A stretch of 20,000 bases of DNA from an uncultured virus (IMG/VR IMGVR_UViG_3300031539_000017) (lineage: Duplodnaviria > Heunggongvirae > Uroviricota > Caudoviricetes): the IMG/VR virus record IMGVR_UViG_3300031539_000017; one strand, written 5' to 3'. The notes below the pieces were generated by a model, which saw only the letters and a program-made list of their open reading frames with translations, did not search any database and was not told the origin of the DNA. The position numbers and the translations under genes were made by a program. The stretch's first letter is position 1. The number at the start of each line of letters is the position of its first letter. This document shows positions 7,895 to 14,945 of this stretch, one piece after another.

Positions 7895-8554
7895 ATGGTC
7901 ACTAAGGCCATCATGCTCATCCACGTCTTCCGGACCGGTGGTTACATGGTGCAGGGGGTCCTACGGAAGGTCCCTGGCCTGGTGATGGTCTCGGATAGGC
8001 CCACGGAGCACCTGACCTATGATCAGATGGCTGTGGTGTGCGCGAGAGAACGCATGGGGAACCCGCCCGCTATGGTTTTTATCCGCAACCCTTTTGACTG
8101 GTATGTCTCTATGTGGTGCTGGGTCAACATGGCGCCGAACATGCCTCCAGTCTCGGAGTTCCGCGAATACCTGGAGGTCATCCGGGTGCGGCGCTATGGC
8201 ACCACGGGGACGGGCCGCAACTATAGCAGGCTCTCCGAGCACTGGGCTGACATGGGGGCAGGCAAGGCGCAGTGGGAGGGGCGCTTTGAGACTCTACGGG
8301 AGGACTTCATGGACATCATGCTCAAGGTCATGCCCAGCCTGGTGAACGAGAAGATGTTAGGGGACCTCATGGCCAAGGAACCCATCTATCACCCCAGCAG
8401 GCATCCTCAGACAGGTAGGCATCCTGGGGACTATCGGCAATACTACACCCCGGAGACAAGGGCATTGGTCGAGGAGTGGGACAGTGAGCTTCTAGAGCGG
8501 TTCGGTTACACTTTTGAGGAGAAGGTAGATGATATACCCAATCCCGGTGCCTGA
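7895..8554 (+). CDS. Sulfotransferase (Sulfotransfer_2-like)
   Basis: IHVFRTGG (5'-PSB-like), FIRNPFDWYVSMW (3'-PB), GRFETLREDF and YRQYY..LERFGYTF. SD AGGAGG is present. Confidence 0.82.
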   Translation: MVTKAIMLIHVFRTGGYMVQGVLRKVPGLVMVSDRPTEHLTYDQMAVVCARERMGNPPAMVFIRNPFDWYVSMWCWVNMAPNMPPVSEFREYLEVIRVRRYGTTGTGRNYSRLSEHWADMGAGKAQWEGRFETLREDFMDIMLKVMPSLVNEKMLGDLMAKEPIYHPSRHPQTGRHPGDYRQYYTPETRALVEEWDSELLERFGYTFEEKVDDIPNPGA

Positions 8555-9422
8555 TGAGTTCCGCCCGGCCAGCCAGGGTTACACTATGCCGCCGCACTGC
8601 CCGCCGGAGGGGTACGGCGTGGAGCAGGACTTTGACGCTTGGTTACGGACGCAAGGGGAGCTTTTGACTGATTCCGCGGAGGCCGACTGGCTGTACCTCC
8701 CGGTGTTCTGGAACCGGCTCTTTATTGCCACCTGGAAGTGGGCGCAGGATGAGGCCGCCATAGCCCGCTGCGCCGATTGGCTGGCGGCTCTCAGGGATAG
8801 TTTGGGCGGCTTTGAGAGGGTGTTCACCGTCTGTGAATGGGACCTGACCACGGAGCGGCAGGAGCTGGGCACGGACGGGCTGACTGTGTTCACGGCGGGG
8901 CGTCGGGATCGCGCAGGCCTTGATATACCGTTGCTCTGTGCCCCACATGGCGTCCCGCCGGTTTCATACGGCAAGCAATACCTGGCGTCATTTGTGGGCA
9001 ACATTGGGACGTCAGGCTGGCGTCAGGGTATGTTGGAGGCCCTGGAGGGCTACGGCGGGGTCCTCATCGAGCACGCACAGAAGGGGCCAGCCTATTTCTG
9101 TGATGTGATGACCAAGAGCTACGTGGCCCTGGCCCCCAGGGGTCACCGGGGGCAGAGCTTCCGGTTCTACGAGGCCATGGACATGGGTGTGGCCCCGGTC
9201 CTGATCGGTGATATGGATACCCGGCCCTTTAAGAATTGGGTCAATTGGGACTCATGCTCTTACTACGTTCCTGACGCCTCGGAACTTCCCGGCTTTATTG
9301 ACAACCTGGACCTGGAGGACGCGTTACGCAAGGGCGCGGAGGCGGCACGGGTATACCATGAGTGTCTGCGGTTCGGGCGGTGGTGCATGTTTGTGGTGCC
9401 TGAGCTGCTGAGCGTGCCGTAA
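8529..9422 (+). CDS. Exostosin-like GT47 glycosyltransferase
   Basis: ADWLYLPVFW, YLASFVG and SYVALAPRGHRGQSFRFYEAMDMGVAPVLIGD match the GT47 signature. Confidence 0.85.
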   Translation: MIYPIPVPDEFRPASQGYTMPPHCPPEGYGVEQDFDAWLRTQGELLTDSAEADWLYLPVFWNRLFIATWKWAQDEAAIARCADWLAALRDSLGGFERVFTVCEWDLTTERQELGTDGLTVFTAGRRDRAGLDIPLLCAPHGVPPVSYGKQYLASFVGNIGTSGWRQGMLEALEGYGGVLIEHAQKGPAYFCDVMTKSYVALAPRGHRGQSFRFYEAMDMGVAPVLIGDMDTRPFKNWVNWDSCSYYVPDASELPGFIDNLDLEDALRKGAEAARVYHECLRFGRWCMFVVPELLSVP

Positions 9423-9427
9423 CTCCT

Positions 9428-9494
9428 GCCACCTTGCCAGGGGTGGCGCGTTTCCTCCTTTTGGGGGCGGGTGGGGCCGGGCCTGCCCGCCCCC
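9428..9494 (+). terminator. Two GC-rich hairpins after module 1; probable terminator or processing signal
   Basis: GCCACCTT/GGGGTGGC (9428-9447) is followed by GCGTTTCCTCCTTTT. A second hairpin GGGGGCGGGTGGG/CCTGCCCGCCCCC spans 9463-9494. The U-tract is imperfect. Confidence 0.5.
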
Positions 9495-9696
9495 TCCTAT
9501 AAGGATTTCGGCCCGGTTTTCCCTCTTGGTTGGTATGTAAATGGCGCTTTTCCTGTTTATCCGCGACCCTGCCCCCAAACGTCACCAGAGACACCCAGGT
9601 CACCCAGGGCGGTGTTGGGGTGTGAATAGGTGGCTTGATATCCCCAAATGCTTAGAGCGGCTTGTGGTGAATCATGTTAGAATACTAAACTGGTAC

Positions 9697-9725
9697 TTGA
9701 CAAAATATAAACGATGTGTTATAAT
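9697..9725 (+). promoter_or_regulatory. Consensus sigma70 promoter with extended -10
   Basis: TTGACA (9697-9702), 17 bp spacer, TG-T-TATAAT (TATAAT 9720-9725), in an AT-rich context upstream of the gene at 9783. Confidence 0.92.
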
Positions 9726-9782
9726 ATAGGTAAGATGAGGAACCAGAGAGCAGAGTAACAGGATACCACAGAGGAGGAGACG

Positions 9783-10016
9783 ATGGCAGAGAGAACGGAT
9801 TACCCAAGGAACCTAGCTGAGATTGCAATACAGGGCGCTATTGCCCAGCTTGGTCAGGCAGATAGCCTCTTGCAGAGGTATCAGGCTGAGTACGACCTTC
9901 TTCACCACGAATTGGGTGATGATGGCGGCACGGAAGCCGCGCCAGCGCGCCATGCGGTGGAACAGGCCCTCAATCGTCTGGAATATGCCTTGCAGGAGAC
10001 TAAGCAACTCTCATAG
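9783..10016 (+). CDS. Hypothetical helical protein (77 aa), first gene after the strong promoter
   Basis: Strong SD GAGGAGGAG. Confidence 0.8.
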   Translation: MAERTDYPRNLAEIAIQGAIAQLGQADSLLQRYQAEYDLLHHELGDDGGTEAAPARHAVEQALNRLEYALQETKQLS

Positions 10017-10086
10017 CCGAAACTGGGGTGGAGGCCCCGGTCACCCGCGATGCCGCCGTGCGGGTCCGATGAGGCGATGGGCGGCG
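10010..10086 (+). ncRNA. Type II hammerhead ribozyme (variant core CCGAUGA) with loop-I pseudoknot
   Basis: Order is GCC-GAAA(10019-22), stem III CUGGGG/CCCCGG, UC (cut predicted after C10042), stem I ACCCGC/GCGGGU, CCGAUGA(10066-72), GGC. Loop I GCCGCC (10052-57) is complementary to GGCGGC (10080-85). Confidence 0.82.
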
Positions 10087-10100
10087 AGAGGAGGCAACAC

Positions 10101-10763
10101 ATGAAAATCCTGGCAACTGATGAGCAGAGTCTTGCACGCTGGCAGCGCCTACGCCCTACACCCAAGCAGATGCTCCGGATGGGCACCAATAAGAAGACAT
10201 TTCACTGCGTGCGCTTTGGGCAGCTGGAGGCCTGGGGCAACGGGTTCTTCCTGCTGGTGGGGAACTCGCCGGACGTGCCTATGGAGGATATGACCCAGCG
10301 CATGCAGCGGTTCTCGGACTGGTCTGACATGAAGGACCGGCTGCTGACGCCGGGGGCTTGCCCTGTGGAGCCGCTGCTGTACCTGGAGGCTGACCGCTAC
10401 AGCGTGCAGGAGCGCCGCTTGCTGGTGATGGAGATGCGGTCGCCCACGGACAGCGATGTGATCATGGAGCACCTTACCGTCAATGCAACCATGGCGCTCT
10501 TCATAGAACGTGAGTGCAGGGCGCGGTTCCCCGAGGACTGGATATTGGGCTGGCGGGGCAACCTGTCGGCGGAGGCCAGGATTCACGGGTGCGCCAAGGT
10601 ACATCCCAAGCCATTGACGTATTGCGTAAGGGGTCCGGGAGCTGGCTATACCGCTGCTGGCGTGCTGATGCCCAGGACGTGGGGGAGTCAGTTGGTGAGC
10701 AAGGATGGTAGTGTGGCGCTCCAGTATGATGTGACCCGCAGGGTTTGTTATCGAGACGCTTGA
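10101..10763 (+). CDS. Hypothetical protein (220 aa)
   Basis: SD GAGGAGG precedes ATG 10101, in frame with ORF 10050..10763. Confidence 0.75.
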   Translation: MKILATDEQSLARWQRLRPTPKQMLRMGTNKKTFHCVRFGQLEAWGNGFFLLVGNSPDVPMEDMTQRMQRFSDWSDMKDRLLTPGACPVEPLLYLEADRYSVQERRLLVMEMRSPTDSDVIMEHLTVNATMALFIERECRARFPEDWILGWRGNLSAEARIHGCAKVHPKPLTYCVRGPGAGYTAAGVLMPRTWGSQLVSKDGSVALQYDVTRRVCYRDA

Positions 10764-10779
10764 TGAAAGGGGATAGAAG

Positions 10780-11022
10780 ATGACTGGCGCTGAGGTGATT
10801 GTATACGGGTTTGCTGCTGTTGGGTTCATAATAGTACTCTGCGTAGCACTAGGGGCTACAGAGGTAGTCGCCGAAGGTATGGTTGAGGATCGCAGGGAAC
10901 AAGCTGAAATAGATACTCGGAAGGTGATTCAGGAACTTGAGATAGCCCTGCGCCACGCACGTCAGCCAGAGCACATTCTACTGCCCGCTATGATGGAGGT
11001 GAACGATGTCGCACATAGTTGA
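10780..11022 (+). CDS. Small membrane-anchored protein
   Basis: N-terminal hydrophobic stretch VIVYGFAAVGFIIVLCVALGA. Confidence 0.7.
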   Translation: MTGAEVIVYGFAAVGFIIVLCVALGATEVVAEGMVEDRREQAEIDTRKVIQELEIALRHARQPEHILLPAMMEVNDVAHS

Positions 11023-11266
11023 TCCGCGCAATGTGAGGCCGGGGGACCTGAAGCCTGGCGATGTAATGATAAGAACGGTGGCGCTTCATGTGTTGCCGGA
11101 CTACACGGGAGGCCGGTTGATGTACCCGATGTACCTGTGCCCGTGGCCGGATTCATCCCTTGTAGATGGTGTGCCCCAGGGCGCACGCATGGAGGGCAAG
11201 CCTGAGACCATGCAAGAGATATTCCCGGTGGTGGGCAATGCTGGGGCCAAGCCGGACCCGATGTGA
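11006..11266 (+). CDS. Hypothetical protein (86 aa)
   Basis: SD GGAGGTG precedes ATG 11006. Confidence 0.72.
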   Translation: MSHIVDPRNVRPGDLKPGDVMIRTVALHVLPDYTGGRLMYPMYLCPWPDSSLVDGVPQGARMEGKPETMQEIFPVVGNAGAKPDPM

Positions 11267-11268
11267 TG

Positions 11269-11317
11269 TTTTGCTGGCAAAGGAAAGTATGGGCTGCGCT
11301 TTTGCGCAAAAGGGAGG
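11269..11317 (+). promoter_or_regulatory. Palindromic element copy 2: TTTGCTGGCAAA-N18-TTTTGCGCAAAA-GGGAGG
   Basis: Same two dyads, same 18 nt spacing and same SD as 1233-1280. It lacks a recognisable -10. Confidence 0.6.
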
Positions 11318-11322
11318 GAGAG

Positions 11323-11871
11323 ATGGATATACTCAGTGCTTTCGTGGAGCGTGATGTGTATCGGTTGTGGCTTGAGAAGACCGAGAAGGAGCGCAACACG
11401 GCCAAGCTCCAGGGGCTAACAGAGTGCCAGTGCTGCGGCTTCTGCTGTGCCCGGCGGACATGTGTGCCCCTGCCGGATGAGTTGGAGTCCATTGCGGCCA
11501 ACCTCCAGCTTTCTGTAGATGAGATGATCGGGAAGTACATGGTCGGCGATGCACAATCCACGGAATCCGGCGCTTGGGCTCAGTTCCTTCGCTGGGCGAA
11601 CACGGCCCAGCTAGACTTGACGGGCACCTTCTTGTCGACGGATCGCACTTACGATAAGGGGGATTGCGTGCTCTACGATCCACAGAAACGCGAATGCCGT
11701 ATCTGGGCCGTCCGGCCTGTTGACGCGCAGCAGACTACATGCTGGAAACCGTACCAGGGTGATGATTCGCGTGATGGTTGGACAGATGGCCAACTGCAAA
11801 GGGTTTGCCCGTCGATGAACCTTGACCCGGATGAGGATTGGGATGATGAGGAATGGGACGATGATGGATAA
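11323..11871 (+). CDS. YkgJ-family (CxxCxxCC) cysteine-cluster protein with acidic tail
   Basis: ECQCCGFCC..C..DCVLYD..ECRIWAVRP. Start 11323 follows GGGAGGGAG. Confidence 0.83.
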   Translation: MDILSAFVERDVYRLWLEKTEKERNTAKLQGLTECQCCGFCCARRTCVPLPDELESIAANLQLSVDEMIGKYMVGDAQSTESGAWAQFLRWANTAQLDLTGTFLSTDRTYDKGDCVLYDPQKRECRIWAVRPVDAQQTTCWKPYQGDDSRDGWTDGQLQRVCPSMNLDPDEDWDDEEWDDDG

Positions 11872-12079
11872 ACCGAGGGGCCAGTATCCGACGGTGCCCT
11901 GCATGGAGCAGCGCCTTGAGGAGTACCTGGACAAAGAGGACCGCTGCGTCCTAGAGGACGATTACTGGTGGGAGATGAAGGACGCGGCGGCCAACAGCGG
12001 GGTGGACATGATGACCCTGGTGGAGGAGATACCGTTTGAGAAGTGGCTGCGGGCCAGGAGGGAGGGGCGTGGTGGATAA
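11861..12079 (+). CDS. Hypothetical protein (~72 aa)
   Basis: ATG 11861/11864 overlaps the previous stop and fits the gene tiling. Confidence 0.65.
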   Translation: MMDKPRGQYPTVPCMEQRLEEYLDKEDRCVLEDDYWWEMKDAAANSGVDMMTLVEEIPFEKWLRARREGRGG

Positions 12080-12269
12080 GTGGCAGAGACTGCAGAAGCT
12101 TGTGGACCTATGGCTGGAGCACATTCATGAGACCCCTGATCACACGACCCCGCTCACGGAGGATGGTGAGGCCACCTATGATACCAGCCCGTCGGCTTAC
12201 CGCATTTACTGCTGCGCCTCGGGCTGTGATTGGCAGCAGGAGATAGATGATGACCGCCCTGGCGAGTAG
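12072..12269 (+). CDS. Hypothetical protein (~65 aa, C-terminal Cys pair)
   Basis: GTG follows GGAGGG; YCCASGCDW is near the C-terminus. Confidence 0.6.
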   Translation: MDKWQRLQKLVDLWLEHIHETPDHTTPLTEDGEATYDTSPSAYRIYCCASGCDWQQEIDDDRPGE

Positions 12270-12699
12270 GGTCAAGCGTGCCCGTGCGGTAGTGGACGCG
12301 GGCATGGTGGAGGTCCTGCGGAGGAAGGGCAACCGGCAGCGGGCCTGGCGGATGCCCAGCGCCTCGGTGATGGGTAGCTGGTATGAGGTCTTCACCAAGC
12401 TCACTTGTGACAATGGCGTAGTCAAGGCGCATTTCTTCTGTAACCGGTGCTATGTGGCGCCTGACGGCAACGGCATGTCTAAGTGTGAGGGCAACCGCAA
12501 CACGGTCTGCTATCACTGCCTGGCGGCGATGGTCAAACTGGCCAAGGGGCGCAGGATGACGGTGCAGTTCCTTAGTAGCCGCAAGAAGGCCCTGGCCCTA
12601 TTCCGGATGGGAACCGTGGTAGAGATGCACGGTGAGGGCCAGAGCCAGCCGAGGGTGTGGGCTGTGATGAAGAAGCGAGGAAGGAGGAAAGGGAAATGA
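12247..12699 (+). CDS. SWIM-type zinc-finger protein
   Basis: S..GSWYEV...FFCNRC...CEGNRNTVCYHCLAA fits a SWIM-like C..C..CxH; the tail is basic. Confidence 0.65.
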   Translation: MMTALASRVKRARAVVDAGMVEVLRRKGNRQRAWRMPSASVMGSWYEVFTKLTCDNGVVKAHFFCNRCYVAPDGNGMSKCEGNRNTVCYHCLAAMVKLAKGRRMTVQFLSSRKKALALFRMGTVVEMHGEGQSQPRVWAVMKKRGRRKGK

Positions 12700-13007
12700 A
12701 GTGGGAATGTGAGCATTGTGGGCGTCTGAACCGAGAAAGTGACCCCTATTGTTACGGTTGCGGTTCGGATGATAGGCCACCGCTGCCAACCCAGGAATTG
12801 GATATTGGCGAGTTGACCATCATATTTTCACCAAATTTGGTCGGCAAGGATGCTGATGGCAAAGAGTGTTATCGGGCAGGTATCATCGGGCAAATGCAGT
12901 TGGAGTGCAAATATATGCCCGCCTATCTGCGCAAGCGGGTAGAGGGATGGGTGCGGAGGGCGTGTGAGGCCCAGGATATAGGCAAGCGGTTGGTGCCCAG
13001 TGGCTAA
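12696..13007 (+). CDS. Protein with N-terminal RanBP2-like zinc finger
   Basis: MKWECEHCGRLNRESDPYCYGCGS, with an ATGA overlap at 12696. Confidence 0.72.
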   Translation: MKWECEHCGRLNRESDPYCYGCGSDDRPPLPTQELDIGELTIIFSPNLVGKDADGKECYRAGIIGQMQLECKYMPAYLRKRVEGWVRRACEAQDIGKRLVPSG

Positions 13008-13404
13008 ACCCCGGTTCCGCGCCCGGTTCAAGCAGCATCGCCTGCGTGCCCGGTATGTGTGCCCCAAGTGTGGCCGCGTGGCCTACTATCCGTGTTACCT
13101 GGATGGGCCTGGGGAGCGCGTTCGCGGGCGACCCATAGAGGACTACTGCACCTGCGGGGCGCTCACTGAGTATTGGGGATTCACGAGCCGTTACAAGGGC
13201 ACGGTGCCCTACGCTTGGGGCGGGCGGTGGATGCGGGATTGCAAGGACTGTAAGAAGTCTACGGAACACGCTCGCATGGAGGAGGGGGGCAAGCTGTGTC
13301 GCTGTATGGAGTGCGGTCAGCAGCGGCGTCTCGATGATGAAGAGGAGAAGCGTCGAGAGAAGTCCCAGGATTTGACCGCAACAGATATCTGGGGGCTGGG
13401 TTGA
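13000..13404 (+). CDS. Multi-zinc-ribbon protein
   Basis: CPKCG, CTCG, CKDC and CMECG. Confidence 0.7.
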   Translation: MAKPRFRARFKQHRLRARYVCPKCGRVAYYPCYLDGPGERVRGRPIEDYCTCGALTEYWGFTSRYKGTVPYAWGGRWMRDCKDCKKSTEHARMEEGGKLCRCMECGQQRRLDDEEEKRREKSQDLTATDIWGLG

Positions 13405-13433
13405 TGAGCCCCGTTTTTCAGGAGGGTAGTGAA

Positions 13434-13673
13434 ATGGTGATGTCAATCTATACTCAGTATGTCGATATTAGGGTGAAGGTTGCAGGTATACGGGTAGAGC
13501 ATGAGTCCTGTGATGGTGGTGATGGGACTCGGACAGATTTCGCGAAGTTGAGGGAAGTGGATGAGACGGCATACAACCGTGCTCTAGAATGCCTCAAGGG
13601 CTGGCTGGAGAGTTGCCCGGCGGAAGTGGATCGTGTGCGCGGCGGTAATAGCTCTGCTATCACATCACCATGA
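13434..13673 (+). CDS. Hypothetical protein (~79 aa)
   Basis: SD GGAGG at 13421 precedes ATG 13434, in frame with ORF 13401..13673. Confidence 0.6.
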   Translation: MVMSIYTQYVDIRVKVAGIRVEHESCDGGDGTRTDFAKLREVDETAYNRALECLKGWLESCPAEVDRVRGGNSSAITSP

Positions 13674-13734
13674 TCCATCTCACGGCCCCGGAGCCGCGGG
13701 TGGGAGACCGTGAAAATCATAATAGGAGGGAAAC

Positions 13735-14934
13735 GTGGAGGAGTATTCTGTCTGGAATGAACAAACGATGGCTCTTCAGGTGGCCATGCGGGCTAATGTG
13801 CCGGCGTTGTTATTGGGTGTGCCGGGGATTGCCAAGACGGCGTTTATCAAGGCATTGACAAAAGCCTGGGGATGGGACGTATTTGTGTTTCTTGGCAGCA
13901 TCCGGCAACCTTCTGACATCATTGGGTACCTGGCCCCGGACATGGAGCGCGGCGTGACGAGGGAGTTGCCCCTGGAATGGGCAGTACATATCAGTGAACG
14001 CGCCAAGCGGGGTGATGTGACTGTGGTGTTCCTCGAGGAGCTGACCACGGTGTTCCCGGCTATGCAGGCGGCGCAGCTGCGGTTCGTGCATGAGCGCAAG
14101 GTGGGTGAGTGTGACCTGGGGGAGAGCACCCGCATCGTGGCTGCGGCTAACCCGCCCGAGATGGCACCCGGTGGGTTTCAGCTGGCACCGCCGATGGCCA
14201 ACCGGCTTTTACACCTGGGGTGGAGGGAGGACGTGATGCACTGGGCCGATAACATGCTGCTGGACTTCCCGGCCCCGGTACTGCCTACGTTCAATAAGGA
14301 CAAGGCAGCGGAGGCCCGTGAGCGTTGGAAGGCCCTCATTCACGCTTACATTCGAGGTTATCGCCAGGAGCACCTTGTGGTCATGCCTGCGGACAGCGAG
14401 GGGCGTGTGGATGAGGAACGGGCTTCTGGTCCGTGGGCCAGTGAGCGCACCTGGTATGAGTACCTGCTGCCCTGTCTATCTTGGTTAGACGCCGTACAGG
14501 GCATCTCCAGGCAGCTCTACGAGAGCGTGAGGGAGCGGCTGGCCACGGGGTCCATCGGCGCGGTGGGCGCGGAGTTCCTTCTGTGGGTGGACAACCTGGA
14601 CCTCACTTCGGCACAGGATATGCTCAAACAGGGGTCCAAGTATGAGGTCCCGGACCGCCAGGACAGGGCCTATGCGGAGCTGGCGAACCTGTCGATTCAC
14701 GTGGCGGGGTTTGGTGACAATCTCACAGAGAAGATGTGGCTGGCAGCGTGGACAGTCTTTGCGGCTGCGGCAAAGCAGGGTAAGGTGGCTACGGCTGCGG
14801 CTGCGGCGAAGTTACTGGCATCTCAGGCCAGGGCTGACCTGCCCCTGGTTTATGAGCAGATGGCGCCGTTCAGGCCCCTACTGGAGGCTGCACGGATGAT
14901 ACCGCGGATTGATGATATGCTGACGGAGTTGTGA
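13735..14934 (+). CDS. MoxR-like AAA+ ATPase (AAA_5)
   Basis: Walker A GVPGIAKT, Walker B VVFLEE, sensor-1 AAANP and Arg finger PPMANR. SD AGGAGG precedes the GTG. Confidence 0.9.
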   Translation: MEEYSVWNEQTMALQVAMRANVPALLLGVPGIAKTAFIKALTKAWGWDVFVFLGSIRQPSDIIGYLAPDMERGVTRELPLEWAVHISERAKRGDVTVVFLEELTTVFPAMQAAQLRFVHERKVGECDLGESTRIVAAANPPEMAPGGFQLAPPMANRLLHLGWREDVMHWADNMLLDFPAPVLPTFNKDKAAEARERWKALIHAYIRGYRQEHLVVMPADSEGRVDEERASGPWASERTWYEYLLPCLSWLDAVQGISRQLYESVRERLATGSIGAVGAEFLLWVDNLDLTSAQDMLKQGSKYEVPDRQDRAYAELANLSIHVAGFGDNLTEKMWLAAWTVFAAAAKQGKVATAAAAAKLLASQARADLPLVYEQMAPFRPLLEAARMIPRIDDMLTEL

Positions 14935-14945
14935 GGAGCCTACTG

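Noticed and set aside
8551..8560. Other CTGATGA hammerhead-core matches (also near 2558, 10137 and 14943)
   Set aside because: They lie in coding sequence or at gene starts, and I found no flanking stems with a correctly placed GAAA.
9541..9729. 62 aa ORF in the intergenic gap
   Set aside because: It has no SD and no recognisable motif, and it runs through the consensus promoter.
10050..10100. N-terminal extension of the 237 aa ORF
   Set aside because: It overlaps the hammerhead, and the strong SD supports ATG 10101.
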